Below, one piece after another: positions 46,440 through 59,579 of a DNA stretch of 64,000 nucleotides. The stretch comes from Eledone cirrhosa. Lineage: Eukaryota. The notes beneath the pieces were generated by a model. It saw nothing but the letters and a program-made list of their open reading frames with translations. It did no database searches and had not been told where the DNA came from. Each line of letters begins with the position of its first letter. Position 1 is the stretch's first letter. The stretch is taken from the NCBI GenBank assembly GCA_964016885.1, contig OZ024743.1, positions 130,076,001 through 130,140,000 on the forward strand. Reading direction: 5' to 3'. Made by a program: the position numbers and the translations under genes.

Positions 46440-49400
46440 TTGGTGTTTGGTGCCTGGTGTTTGGTGTTTGGTTATTGGTGCTTGGCGTTTGATGTGTGGT
46501 GCTTGGTGCTTGGTGTTTGGTATTTGGTGCTTGGTGCTTGGTGCTTGGTGTTTGGTGCTGTGTGCTTGGTGCTTGTTGTTTGGTGCTTGGTGCTTGGTGC
46601 TTGGTGTTTGATGCTTGGTGCTTGGTGCTTGGTGCTTGGTGTTTGATGTTTAGTGCTTGGTGCTTGGTATTTGGTGTGTGGTGCTTGGTGATTGTTGTTT
46701 GGTGTTTGGTGCTTGGTGCTTGGTGTTTGGTGATTGGTGCTTGGTGCTTGTTGTTTGGTCTTTGGCGCTTGACGCTTGGTTTTTGGTGCTTGGTTCTTGG
46801 TTCTTGGTGTTTGGTGCTTGGTGTTTGGTGCTTGGTGTTCGGTGCTTGCTGCTTGGTGCTTGCTGTTTGGTGTTTAGTGCTTGGAGCTTGCTGCTTGGTG
46901 CTTGATGCTTTGTACTTGGTGCTTGGTGTTTGGTGTTTGGTGCTTGGTGCTTGGTGTTTGGTGCTTGGAGCTTGGTGCTTGCTGTTTGGTGCTTGGTGAT
47001 TTGTGCTTGGTGCTTGGTGTTTGGTCTTTGGTGCTTGGTGAATGGTGTTTGGTGCTTGGTGCTTGTTGTTTGGTGCTTGGTGCTTGGTGTTTGGTGTTTG
47101 GTGCTTGGTGCTTGGTGTTTGGTGCTTGGTGCTTGGTGTTTTGTGTATGGTGCTTGGTGCTTGGTGCTTGGTGCTTGGTGTTTGGTGCTTGGTGCTTGGT
47201 GCTTGGTGTTTGGTGTTTGGTGCTTGGTGCTTGTTTTTAGGTGTTTGGTGCTTGGTGTTTGGTGTTTGGTGCTTGGTGCTTGGTGCTTGGTGCTTGAAGC
47301 TTGGTGCTTGTTGTTTGGGGCTCGGTGCTTGGTGCATGGTGTTTGGTGTTTGGTGGTTGGGGCTTGGTGTTTAGTGCTTGGTGCTTGGTGCTTGGTGCTT
47401 GCTGTTTGGTGTTTGGTGCTTGGTGTTTGGTGTTTGGTGTTTAGTGTTTGCTATTTGGTGTTTGGTGTTTACTGTTTGGTGTTTGCTGTTTGGTGCTTGG
47501 TGTTTGGTGTTTGGTGCTTGGTGTTTGGTGTTTGGTGCTTGGTCCTTGCTGCTTGGTGATTGGTGCTTTGTGCTTGGTGCTTGGTGTTTGGTGTTTGGTG
47601 CTTGGTGATTGGTGTTTGGTGTTTGGTGCTTGGTGCTTGGTGCTTGGTGCTTGGTGTTTGGTGTTTAGTGCTTGGTGCTTGGTGTTTGGTGCTTGCTGCT
47701 TGGTGCTTGGTGTTTGCTCTTTGGTGCTTGATGCTTGCTGTTTGGTGCTTGGTGCTTGGTGTTTGGTACTTGGTGCTTGGTGCTTGGTGCTTTGTGTTTG
47801 GTGCTTGGTGCTTGGTGTTTGGTGCTTGGTGCTTGGTGCTTGCTGTTTGGTGCTTGGTGCTTGGTCCTTGCTGCTTGGTGATTGGTGCTTTGTGCTTGGT
47901 GCTTGGTGTTTGGTGTCTGGTGCTTGGTGATTGGTGTTTTGTGCTTGGTGCTTGGTGCTTGTTGTTTGGTGCTTGTTGCTTGGTGTTTGGTGTTTGGTGC
48001 TTGGTGCTTGGTGCTTGGTGTTTGGTGTTTGGTGCTTGGTGTTTGGCGTTTTGTGTCTGGTGCTTGGTGCTTGGTGTTTGGTGCTTGGTGCTTGGTGTTT
48101 GGTGCTTGGTGCTTGGTGCTTGGTGCTTGCTGTTTGGCACTTCGTGCTTGGTGTTTGGTGTTTGGTGCTTGGTGCTTGGTGCTTGGTGCTTGGTGCTTGG
48201 TGTTTGGTGTTTGGTGCTTGGGGCTTGGTGTCTGGTGTTTGGTGCTTGGTGCTTGGTGCTTGGTGTTTGGTGTTTGGTGTTTGGTGCTTGGTGTTTGGTG
48301 TTTGCTCTTTGGTGTTTGTTGTTTGCTGTTTGGTGTTTGCTATTTGGTGTTTGCTGTTTGCAGTTTGGTGTTTGCTGTTTGGTGTTTGCTGTGTGGTGTT
48401 TGGTGTTTGGTGCTTGGTGCTTGGTGTTTGGTGTTTGGTGCTAGGTGCTTGGTACTTGGTGTTTGGTGCTTGGTGCTTGGTGTTTGGTGCTTGGTGCTTG
48501 GTGTTTGGTGTTTGGTGCTTGGTGCTTGGTGCTTGGTGCTTGGTGTTTGGTGCTTGGTGCTTGGTGCTTGGTGCTTGGTGCTTGGTGCTTTGTGTTTGGA
48601 GCTTGGTGCTTGGTGATTGGTGTTTAGTGCTTGGTGCTTGGTGTTTGGTGCTTGCTGCTTGGTGCTTGGTGTTTGCTCTTTGGTGCTTGATGCTTGCTGT
48701 TTGGTGCTTGGTGCTTGGTGTTTGGTACTTTGTGCTTGGTGCTTGGTGTTTGGTGTTTGGTGCTTGGTGGTTGGTGTTTGCTGTTTGGTGCTTGATGCTT
48801 GGTGCTTGGTGTTTGGTGCCTGGTGTTTGGTGTTTGGTTATTGGTGCTTGGCGTTTGATGTGTGGTGCTTGGTGCTTGGTGTTTGGTATTTGGTGCTTGG
48901 TGCTTGGTGCTTGGTGTTTGGTGCTGTGTGCTTGGTGCTTGTTGTTTGGTGCTTGGTGCTTGGTGCTTGGTGTTTGATGCTTGGTGCTTGGTGCTTGGTG
49001 CTTGGTGTTTGATGTTTAGTGCTTGGTGCTTGGTATTTGGTGTGTGGTGCTTGGTGATTGTTGTTTGGTGTTTGGTGCTTGGTGCTTGGTGTTTGGTGAT
49101 TGGTGCTTGGTGCTTGTTGTTTGGTCTTTGGCGCTTGATGCTTGGTTTTTGGTGCTTGGTTATTGGTTCTTGGTGTTTGGTGCTTGGTGTTTGGTGCTTG
49201 GTGTTCGGTGCTTGCTGCTTGGTGCTTGCTGTTTGGTGTTTAGTGCTTGGAGCTTGCTGCTTGGTGCTTGATGCTTTGTACTTGGTGCTTGGTGTTTGGT
49301 GTTTGGTGCTTGGTGCTTGGTGTTTGGTGCTTGGAGCTTGGTGCTTGCTGTTTGGTGCTTGGTGATTTGTGCTTGGTGCTTGGTGTTTGGTCTTTGGTGC

Positions 49401-51560
49401 TTGGTGAATGGTGTTTGGTGCTTGGTGCTTGTTGTTTGGTGCTTGGTGCTTGGTGTTTGGTGTTTGGTGCTTGGTGCTTGGTGTTTGGTGCTTGGTGCTT
49501 GGTGTTTTGTGTATGGTGCTTGGTGCTTGGTGCTTGGTGCTTGGTGTTTGGTGCTTGGTGCTTGGTGCTTGGTGTTTGGTGTTTGGTGCTTGGTGCTTGT
49601 TTTTAGGTGTTTGGTGCTTGGTGTTTGGTGTTTGGTGCTTGGTTCTTGGTGTTTGGTGCTTGGTGCTTGGTGCTTGGTGCTTGAAGCTTGGTGCTTGTTG
49701 TTTGGGGCTCGGTGCTTGGTGCATGGTGTTTGGTGTTTGGTGGTTGGGGCTTGGTGTTTAGTGCTTGGTGCTTGGTGCTTGGTGCTTGCTGTTTGGTGTT
49801 TGGTGCTTGGTGTTTGGTGTTTGGTGTTTAGTGTTTGCTATTTGGTGTTTGGTGTTTGCTGTTTGGTGTTTGCTGTTTGGTGCTTGGTGTTTGGTGTTTG
49901 GTGCTTGGTGTTTGGTGTTTGGTGCTTGGTCCTTGCTGCTTGGTGATTGGTGCTTTGTGCTTGGTGCTTGGTGTTTGGTGTTTGGTGCTTGGTGATTGGT
50001 GTTTGGTGTTTGGTGCTTGGTGCTTGGTGCTTGAAGCTTGGTGCTTGTTGTTTGGGGCTCGGTGCTTGGTGCATGGTGTTTGGTGTTTGGTGGTTGGGGC
50101 TTGGTGTTTAGTGCTTGGTGCTTGGTGCTTGGTGCTTGCTGTTTGGTGTTTGGTGCTTGGTGTTTGGTGTTTGGTGTTTAGTGTTTGCTATTTGGTGTTT
50201 GGTGTTTGCTGTTTGGTGTTTGCTGTTTGGTGCTTGGTGTTTGGTGTTTGGTGCTTGGTGTTTGGTGTTTGGTGCTTGGTCCTTGCTGCTTGGTGATTGG
50301 TGCTTTGTGCTTGGTGCTTGGTGTTTGGTGTTTGGTGCTTGGTGATTGGTGTTTGGTGTTTGGTGCCTGGTGCTTGGTATTTGGTGCTTGGTGCTTGGTG
50401 CTTGGTGCTTGGTGCTTGGTGTTTGGTGTTTAGTGCTTGGTGCTTGGTGTTTGGTGCTTGCTGCTTGGTGCTTGGTGTTTGCTCTTTGGTGCTTGATGCT
50501 TGCTGTTTGGTGCTTGGTGCTTGGTGTTTGGTACTTGGTGCTTGGTGCTTGGTGCTTTGTGTTTGGTGCTTGGTGCTTGGTGTTTGGTGCTTGGTGCTTG
50601 GTGCTTGCTGTTTGGTGCTTGGTGCTTGGTCCTTGCTGCTTGGTGATTGGTGCTTTGTGCTTGGTGCTTGGTGTTTGGTGTCTGGTGCTTGGTGATTGGT
50701 GTTTTGTGCTTGGTGCTTGGTGCTTGTTGTTTGGTGCTTGTTGCTTGGTGTTTGGTGTTTGGTGCTTGGTGCTTGGTGCTTGGTGTTTGGTGTTTGGTGC
50801 TTGGTGTTTGGCGTTTTGTGTCTGGTGCTTGGTGTTTGGTGTTTGGTGCTTGGTGCTTGGTGTTTGGTGCTTGGTGCTTGGTGCTTGGTGCTTGCTGTTT
50901 GGCACTTCGTGCTTGGTGTTTGGTGTTTGGTGCTTGGTGCTTGGTGCTTGGTGCTTGGTGCTTGGTGTTTGGTGTTTGGTGCTTGGGGCTTGGTGTCTGG
51001 TGTTTGGTGCTTGGTGCTTGGTGCTTGGTGTTTGGTGTTTGGTGTTTGGTGCTTGGTGTTTGGTGTTTGCTCTTTGGTGTTTGTTGTTTGCTGTTTGGTG
51101 TTTGCTATTTGGTGTTTGCTGTTTGAAGTTTGGTGTTTGCTGTTTGGTGTTTGCTGTGTGGTGTTTGGTGTTTGGTGCTTGGTGCTTGGTGTTTGGTGTT
51201 TGGTGCTAGGTGGTTGGTACTTGGTGTTTGGTGCTTGGTGCTTGGTGTTTGGTGCTTGGTGCTTGGTGTTTGGTGTTTGGTGCTTGGTGCTTGGTGCTTG
51301 GTGCTTGGTGCTTGGTGCTTGGTGCTTGGTGCTTGGTGCTTGGTGCTTTGTGTTTGGAGCTTGGTGCTTGGTGATTGGTGTTTAGTGCTTGGTGCTTGGT
51401 GTTTGGTGCTTGCTGCTTGGTGCTTGGTGTTTGCTCTTTGGTGCTTGATGCTTGCTGTTTGGTGCTTGGTGCTTGGTGTTTGGTACTTTGTGCTTGGTGC
51501 TTGGTGTTTGGTGTTTGGTGCTTGGTGGTTGGTGTTTGCTGTTTGGTGCTTGATGCTTGG
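46440..51560 (+). repeat. Tandem duplication, initial offset 2366 bp; second copy expanded by an internal 350-bp duplication (~49660-50360)
   Basis: Offsets 2366 (46496/48862), 2387 (47378/49765), 2765 (47882/50647) and 2758 (48617/51375). Marker TTGAAGC...GGGGCTCGG...GCATGG at ~47294, 49681 and 50031. Confidence 0.88.
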
Positions 51561-52909
51561 TGTTTGTTGCTTGGTGCTTGGTGTTTGGTGCTTGGTGCTT
51601 GGTGCTTGGTATTTGGTCCTTGGTGCTTGGTGTTTGGTGTTTGGTGCTTGGTGCTTGGTGTTTGGTGCTTGGTGCTTGGTGTTTGGTGTTTGGTGTTTGG
51701 TGTTTGGCGCTTGGTGCTTGGTGTTTGGTGCTTGGTGCTTGGTGTTTGGTGTTTGGTGCTTGGTGATTGGTGCTTGGTGCTTGGTGCTTGGTGTTTGGTG
51801 TTTGGTGCTTGGTGCTTGGTGCTTGGTGCTTGCTGCTTGGTGCTTGGTGCTTTGTACTTGGTGCTTGGTGTTTGGTGTTTGGTGCTGGGTGCTTGGTGTT
51901 TGGTGCTTGGTGCTTGGTGCTTGGTGCTTGGTGCTTGGTGTTTTGTGTTTGGTGCTTGGTGCTTGGTGTTTGGTGTTTAGTGCTTGGTGCTTGGTGGTTG
52001 GTGTTTGATGCTTGTTACTTGGTGTTTGGTGTTTGGTGCTTGGTGCTTGGTGTTTGCTGTTTGGTGCTTGATGCTTGGTGTTTGGTGTTTGGTGCTTGGT
52101 GTTTGGTGCTTGGTGCTTGGTGTTTGGTGTTTGCTGCTTGGTGTTTGGTGCTTGGAGCTTGGTGCTTGGTGTTTGGTGCTTGGTGCTTGGTGTTTGCTGT
52201 TTGGTGCTTGATGCTTGGTGTTTGGTGTTTGGTGCTTGGTGTTTGGTGCTTGGTGCTTGGTGTTTGGTGTTTGCTGTTTGCTGTTTGGTGTTTGCTATTT
52301 GGTGTTTGGTGTTTGCTGTTTGGTGTTTGCTGTTTGGTGTTTGCTGTGTGGTGTTTGGTGTTTGGTGCTTGGTGCTTGGTGTTTGGTGCTTGGTGCTTGG
52401 TGTTTGGTGTTTGGTGCTTGGTGCTTGGTGCTTGGTGATTGGTGCTTCGTGTTTGGTGCCTGGTGTTTGGTGTTTGGTTATTGGTGCTTGGTGTTTGATG
52501 TGTGGTGCTTGGTGCTTGGTGTTTGGTATTTGGTGCTTGGTGCTTGGTGCTTGATGTTTGGTGCTGTGTGCTTGGTGCTTGGTGTTTGCTGCTTGGTGCT
52601 AGGTGTTTGTTGTTTGGTGCTTGGTGCTTGGTGTTTGGCACTTGGTGCTTGGGGCTTGGTGTTTGGTGCTTGGTGTTTGGTGTTTGGTGTTTGGTGCTTG
52701 GTACTTGGTGTTTTATGTTTGGTGTTTGGCGCTTGGTGCTTGGTGCTTGGTGTTTGGTGCTTGGTGTTTGGTTCTTGGTGCTTGGTGTTTGGTGTTTGGT
52801 GCTTGGTGTTTGGTGCTTGGTGCTTGGTGCTTGGTCTTTGGTGCTTGGTGCTAGGTCCTTGGTGCTTGGTGTTTGGTGTTTGGTGCTTGGTGCTTGGTGA
52901 TTGCTGCTA

Positions 52910-55900
52910 GGTGCTTGGTGCTTTGTACTTGGTGCTTGGTGTTTGGTGTTTGGTGCTGGGTGCTTGGTGTTTGGTGCTTGGTGCTTGGTGCTTGGTGCTT
53001 GGTGCTTTGTGTTTGGTGCTTGGTGCTTGGTGTTTGGTGTTTAGTGCTTGGTGCTTGGTGTTTGGTGTTTGATGCTTGGTGCTTGGTGTTTGGTGTTTGG
53101 TGCTTGGTGCTTGGTATTTGCTGTTTGGTGCTTGATGCTTGGTGTTTGGTGCTTGGTGCTTGGTGTTTGGTGCTTGGTGCTTGGTGTTTGGTGTTTGGTG
53201 CTTGGTGTTTGGTGATTGGTGTTTGGTGCTTGGTGCTTGGTGTTTGCTGTTTGGCGTTTGGTGTTCGGCGTTTGATGTTTGGCGTTTGCTGTTTCGTGTT
53301 TGGTGCTTGATGTTTGCTGGTTCGTGTTTGGTGTTTGGTGTTTGCTGTTTGGTGTTTGCTGTTTAGTGTTTGGTGCTTGGTGCTTGGTGCTTGGTGTTTG
53401 GTCTTTGGCGCTTGGTGCTTGGTGTTTGGTGCCTGGTGCTTGGTGTTTGGTGTTTGGCATTTGGTGTTTGGTACTTGGTGCTTGGTGCTTGGTTTTTGGT
53501 GTTTGGTGATTGGTGCTTGGTGCTTGGTGATTGGTGTTTGGTGCTTGGTGATTGGTGTTTGGTGCTTGGTGCTTGGTGCTTGGTGCTTGGTGCTTGGTGT
53601 TTGGTGCTTGGTGCTTGGTGCTTGGTGCTTCTTGCTTGGTGCTTGGTGTTTGGTGCTTGGTGCTTGGTGCTTGGTGCTTGGTGTTTGGTTCTTGGTGCTT
53701 GGTGTTTGGTGTTTGGTGCTTGGTGCCTGGTGTTTGGTGTTTGGTGCTTGGTGTTTGGTGTTTGGTGCTTGGTGCTTGGTTCTTGGTGCTTGGTGCTTGA
53801 CGTTTTGTGCTTGGTACTTGGTGCTTGGTGTTTGGTGTTTGGTGCTTGGTGCTTGGTGGTTGGTGCTTGGTGCTTGCTGTTTGGTGTTTGGTGCTTGGTG
53901 CTTGGTGTTAGGTGTTTGGTGTTTGGTTTTTGCTGTTTGGTGTTTGGTGTTTGCTGTTTGGTGTTTGCTATTTGGTGTTTGCTGTTTGGTGTTTGGTGTG
54001 TGGTGTTTGGTGTTTGATGTGTGGTGCTTGGTGCTTGGTGTTTGGTATTTGGTGCTTGGTGCTTGGTGCTTGGTTCTTGGTGTTTGGTGCTTGGTGCTTG
54101 GTGCTTGATGTTTGGTGCTTGGTGCTAGGTGTTTGGTGCTTGGTGCTTGGTGCTTTGTGTTTGGTGCTTGCTGCTTGGTGCTTGGTGTTTGCTCTTTGGT
54201 GCTTGATGCTTGCTGTTTGGTGCTTGGTGCTTGGTGTTTGGTACTTGGTGCTTGGTGCTTGGTGCTTTGTGTTTGGTGCTTGGTGCTTGGTGTTTGGTGC
54301 TTGGTGCTTGGTGCTTGCTGTTTGGTGCTTGGTGCTTGGTCCTTGCTGCTTGGTGATTGGTGCTTTGTGCTTGGTGCTTGGTGTTTGGTGTCTGGTGCTT
54401 GGTGATTGGTGTTTTGTGCTTGGTGCTTGGTGCTTGTTGTTTGGTGCTTGTTGCTTGGTGTTTGGTGTTTGGTGCTTGGTGCTTGGTGCTTGGTGTTTGG
54501 TGTTTGGTGCTTGGTGTTTGGCGTTTTGTGTCTGGTGCTTGGTGCTTGGTGTTTGGTGCTTGGTGCTTGGTGTTTGGTGCTTGGTGCTTGGTGCTTGGTG
54601 CTTGCTGTTTGGCACTTCGTGCTTGGTGTTTGGTGTTTGGTGCTTGGTGCTTGGTGCTTGGTGCTTGGTGCTTGGTGTTTGGTGTTTGGTGCTTGGGGCT
54701 TGGTGTCTGGTGTTTGGTGCTTGGTGCTTGGTGCTTGGTGTTTGGTGTTTGGTGTTTGGTGCTTGGTGTTTGGTGTTTGCTGTTTGGTGTTTGTTGTTTG
54801 CTGTTTGGTGTTTGCTATTTGGTGTTTGCTGTTTGCAGTTTGGTGTTTGCTGTTTGGTGTTTGCTGTGTGGTGTTTGGTGTTTGGTGCTTGGTGCTTGGT
54901 GTTTGGTGTTTGGTGCTAGGTGCTTGGTACTTGGTGTTTGGTGCTTGGTGCTTGGTGTTTGGTGCTTGGTGCTTGGTGTTGGGTGTTTGGTGCTTGGTGC
55001 TTGGTGCTTGGTGCTTGGTGTTTGGTGCTTGGTGCTTGGTGCTTGGTGCTTGGTGCTTGGTGCTTTGTGTTTGGAGCTTGGTGCTTGGTGTTTGGTGTTT
55101 AGTGCTTGGTGCTTGGTGTTTGGTGCTTGCTGCTTGGTGCTTGGTGTTTGCTCTTTGGTGCTTGATGCTTGCTGTTTGGTGCTTGGTGCTTGGTGTTTGG
55201 TACTTTGTGCTTGGTGCTTGGTGTTTGGTGTTTGGTGCTTGGTGGTTGGTGTTTGCTGTTTGGTGCTTGATGCTTGGTGTTTGGTGCTTGGTGCTTGGTG
55301 TTTGGTGCTTGGTGCTTGGTGCTTGGTATTTGGTCCTTGGTGCTTGGTGTTTGGTGTTTGGTGCTTGGTGCTTGGTGTTTGGTGCTTGGTGCTTGGTGTT
55401 TGGTGTTTGGTGTTTGGTGTTTGGCGCTTGGTGCTTGGTGTTTGGTGCTTGGTGCTTGGTGTTTGGTGTTTGGTGCTTGGTGATTGGTGCTTGGTGCTTG
55501 GTGCTTGGTGTTTGGTGTTTGGTGCTTGGTGCTTGGTGCTTGGTGCTTGCTGCTTGGTGCTTGGTGCTTTGTACTTGGTGCTTGGTGTTTGGTGTTTGGT
55601 GCTGGGTGCTTGGTGTTTGGTGCTTGGTGCTTGGTGCTTGGTGCTTGGTGCTTGGTGCTTTGTGTTTGGTGCTTGGTGCTTGGTGTTTGGTGTTTAGTGC
55701 TTGGTGCTTGGTGTTTGGTGTTTGATGCTTGGTGCTTGGTGTTTGGTGTTTGGTGCTTGGTGCTTGGTATTTGCTGTTTGGTGCTTGATGCTTGGTGTTT
55801 GGTGCTTGGTGCTTGGTGTTTGGTGCTTGGTGCTTGGTGTTTGGTGTTTGGTGCTTGGTGTTTGGTGATTGGTGTTTGGTGCTTGGTGCTTGGTGTTTGC

Positions 55901-58121
55901 TGTTTGGCGTTTGGTGTTCGGCGTTTGATGTTTGGCGTTTGCTGTTTCGTGTTTGGTGCTTGATGTTTGCTGGTTCGTGTTTGGTGTTTGGTGTTTGCTG
56001 TTTGGTGTTTGCTGTTTAGTGTTTGGTGCTTGGTGCTTGGTGCTTGGTGTTTGGTCTTTGGCGCTTGGTGCTTGGTGTTTGGTGCCTGGTGCTTGGTGTT
56101 TGGTGTTTGGCATTTGGTGTTTGGTACTTGGTGCTTGGTGCTTGGTTTTTGGTGTTTGGTGATTGGTGCTTGGTGCTTGGTGATTGGTGTTTGGTGCTTG
56201 GTGATTGGTGTTTGGTGCTTGGTGCTTGGTGCTTGGTGCTTGGTGCTTGGTGTTTGGTGCTTGGTGCTTGGTGCTTGGTGCTTCTTGCTTGGTGCTTGGT
56301 GTTTGGTGCTTGGTGCTTGGTGCTTGGTGCTTGGTGTTTGGTTCTTGGTGCTTGGTGTTTGGTGTTTGGTGCTTGGTGCCTGGTGTTTGGTGTTTGGTGC
56401 TTGGTGTTTGGTGTTTGGTGCTTGGTGCTTGGTTCTTGGTGCTTGGTGCTTGACGTTTTGTGCTTGGTACTTGGTGCTTGGTGTTTGGTGTTTGGTGCTT
56501 GGTGCTTGGTGGTTGGTGCTTGGTGCTTGCTGTTTGGTGTTTGGTGCTTGGTGCTTGGTGTTAGGTGTTTGGTGTTTGGTTTTTGCTGTTTGGTGTTTGG
56601 TGTTTGCTGTTTGGTGTTTGCTATTTGGTGTTTGCTGTTTGGTGTTTGGTGTGTGGTGTTTGGTGTTTGATGTGTGGTGCTTGGTGCTTGGTGTTTGGTA
56701 TTTGGTGCTTGGTGCTTGGTGCTTGGTTCTTGGTGTTTGGTGCTTGGTGCTTGGTGCTTGATGTTTGGTGCTTGGTGCTAGGTGTTTGGTGCTTGGTGCT
56801 TGGTGCTTTGTGTTTGGTGCTTGCTGCTTGGTGCTTGGTGTTTGCTCTTTGGTGCTTGATGCTTGCTGTTTGGTGCTTGGTGCTTGGTGTTTGGTACTTG
56901 GTGCTTGGTGCTTGGTGCTTTGTGTTTGGTGCTTGGTGCTTGGTGTTTGGTGCTTGGTGCTTGGTGCTTGCTGTTTGGTGCTTGGTGCTTGGTCCTTGCT
57001 GCTTGGTGATTGGTGCTTTGTGCTTGGTGCTTGGTGTTTGGTGTCTGGTGCTTGGTGATTGGTGTTTTGTGCTTGGTGCTTGGTGCTTGTTGTTTGGTGC
57101 TTGTTGCTTGGTGTTTGGTGTTTGGTGCTTGGTGCTTGGTGCTTGGTGTTTGGTGTTTGGTGCTTGGTGTTTGGCGTTTTGTGTCTGGTGCTTGGTGCTT
57201 GGTGTTTGGTGCTTGGTGCTTGGTGTTTGGTGCTTGGTGCTTGGTGCTTGGTGCTTGCTGTTTGGCACTTCGTGCTTGGTGTTTGGTGTTTGGTGCTTGG
57301 TGCTTGGTGCTTGGTGCTTGGTGCTTGGTGTTTGGTGTTTGGTGCTTGGGGCTTGGTGTCTGGTGTTTGGTGCTTGGTGCTTGGTGCTTGGTGTTTGGTG
57401 TTTGGTGTTTGGTGCTTGGTGTTTGGTGTTTGCTGTTTGGTGTTTGTTGTTTGCTGTTTGGTGTTTGCTATTTGGTGTTTGCTGTTTGCAGTTTGGTGTT
57501 TGCTGTTTGGTGTTTGCTGTGTGGTGTTTGGTGTTTGGTGCTTGGTGCTTGGTGTTTGGTGTTTGGTGCTAGGTGCTTGGTACTTGGTGTTTGGTGCTTG
57601 GTGCTTGGTGTTTGGTGCTTGGTGCTTGGTGTTGGGTGTTTGGTGCTTGGTGCTTGGTGCTTGGTGCTTGGTGTTTGGTGCTTGGTGCTTGGTGCTTGGT
57701 GCTTGGTGCTTGGTGCTTTGTGTTTGGAGCTTGGTGCTTGGTGTTTGGTGTTTAGTGCTTGGTGCTTGGTGTTTGGTGCTTGCTGCTTGGTGCTTGGTGT
57801 TTGCTCTTTGGTGCTTGATGCTTGCTGTTTGGTGCTTGGTGCTTGGTGTTTGGTACTTTGTGCTTGGTGCTTGGTGTTTGGTGTTTGGTGCTTGGTGGTT
57901 GGTGTTTGCTGTTTGGTGCTTGATGCTTGGTGTTTGGTGCTTGGTGCTTGGTGTTTGGTGCTTGGTGCTTGGTGCTTGGTATTTGGTCCTTGGTGCTTGG
58001 TGTTTGGTGTTTGGTGCTTGGTGCTTGGTGTTTGGTGCTTGGTGCTTGGTGTTTGGTGTTTGGTGTTTGGTGTTTGGCGCTTGGTGCTTGGTGTTTGGTG
58101 CTTGGTGCTTGGTGTTTGGTG
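52910..58121 (+). repeat. Tandem duplication, period 2653 bp (379 monomers)
   Basis: ORF pairs 53041/55694, 53314/55967, 53968/56621, 54920/57573 (identical translations) and 55274/57927. Confidence 0.92.
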
Positions 58122-58169
58122 CTTGGTGCTTGGTGCTTGGTGCTTGGTGTTTGGTGTTTGGTGCTTGGT

Positions 58170-59530
58170 GTTTGGTGTTTGGTGCTTGGTGCTTGGTGCT
58201 TGGTGCTTGCTGCTTGGTGCTTGGTGCTTTGTACTTGGTGCTTGGTGTTTGGTGTTTGGTGCTGGGTGCTTGGTGTTTGGTGCTTGGTGCTTGGTGCTTG
58301 GTGCTTGGTGCTTGGTGTTTTGTGTTTGGTGCTTGGTGCTTGGTGTTTGGTGTTTAGTGCTTGGTGCTTGGTGGTTGGTGTTTGATGCTTGTTACTTGGT
58401 GTTTGGTGTTTGGTGCTTGGTGCTTGGTGTTTGCTGTTTGGTGCTTGATGCTTGGTGTTTGGTGTTTGGTGCTTGGTGTTTGGTGCTTGGTGCTTGGTGT
58501 TTGGTGTTTGCTGCTTGGTGTTTGGTGCTTGGAGCTTGGTGCTTGGTGTTTGGTGCTTGGTGCTTGGTGTTTGCTGTTTGGTGCTTGATGCTTGGTGTTT
58601 GGTGTTTGGTGCTTGGTGTTTGGTGCTTGGTGCTTGGTGTTTGGTGTTTGCTGTTTGCTGTTTGGTGTTTGCTATTTGGTGTTTGGTGTTTGCTGTTTGG
58701 TGTTTGCTGTTTGGTGTTTGCTGTGTGGTGTTTGGTGTTTGGTGCTTGGTGCTTGGTGTTTGGTGCTTGGTGCTTGGTGTTTGGTGTTTGGTGCTTGGTG
58801 CTTGGTGCTTGGTGATTGGTGCTTCGTGTTTGGTGCCTGGTGTTTGGTGTTTGGTTATTGGTGCTTGGTGTTTGATGTGTGGTGCTTGGTGCTTGGTGTT
58901 TGGTATTTGGTGCTTGGTGCTTGGTGCTTGATGTTTGGTGCTGTGTGCTTGGTGCTTGGTGTTTGGTGCTTGGTGCTAGGTGTTTGGTGTTTGGTGCTTG
59001 GTGCTTGGTGTTTGGCACTTGGTGCTTGGGGCTTGGTGTTTGGTGCTTGGTGTTTGGTGTTTGGTGTTTGGTGCTTGGTACTCTGGTGTTTTATGTTTGG
59101 TGTTTGGCGCTTGGTGCTTGGTGCTTGGTGTTTGGTGCTTGGTGTTTGGTTCTTGGTGCTTGGTGTTTGGTGTTTGGTGCTTGGTGTTTGGTGCTTGGTG
59201 CTTGGTGCTTGGTCTTTGGTGCTTGGTGCTAGGTCCTTGGTGCTTGGTGTTTGGTGTTTGGTGCTTGGTGCTTGGTGATTGCTGCTAGGTGCTTGGTGCT
59301 TTGTACTTGGTGCTTGGTGTTTGGTGTTTGGTGCTGGGTGCTTGGTGTTTGGTGCTTGGTGCTTGGTGCTTGGTGCTTGGTGCTTTGTGTTTGGTGCTTG
59401 GTGCTTGGTGTTTGGTGTTTAGTGCTTGGTGCTTGGTGTTTGGTGTTTGATGCTTGGTGCTTGGTGTTTGGTGTTTGGTGCTTGGTGCTTGGTATTTGCT
59501 GTTTGGTGCTTGATGCTTGGTGTTTGGTGT
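58170..59530 (+). repeat. Copy of ~51790-53150 (offset 6377, then 6378 after a 1-bp insertion at ~59083)
   Basis: ORF pairs 51984/58361, 52015/58392 and 52873/59251. GGTACTT at 52700 versus GGTACTCT at 59077. Confidence 0.88.
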
Positions 59531-59579
59531 TTGGTGCTTGGTGTTTGGTGCTTGGTGCTTGGTGCTTGGTGCTTGGTGC

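Noticed and set aside
45544-47337. Minus-strand (STKHQAP)n ORFs resembling mucin-like or RNA polymerase II CTD-like heptads
   Set aside because: A translation artefact of (AARCACC)n. ATG starts come from sporadic CAT variants, and the DNA period is 7 bp rather than a codon-structured 21 bp.
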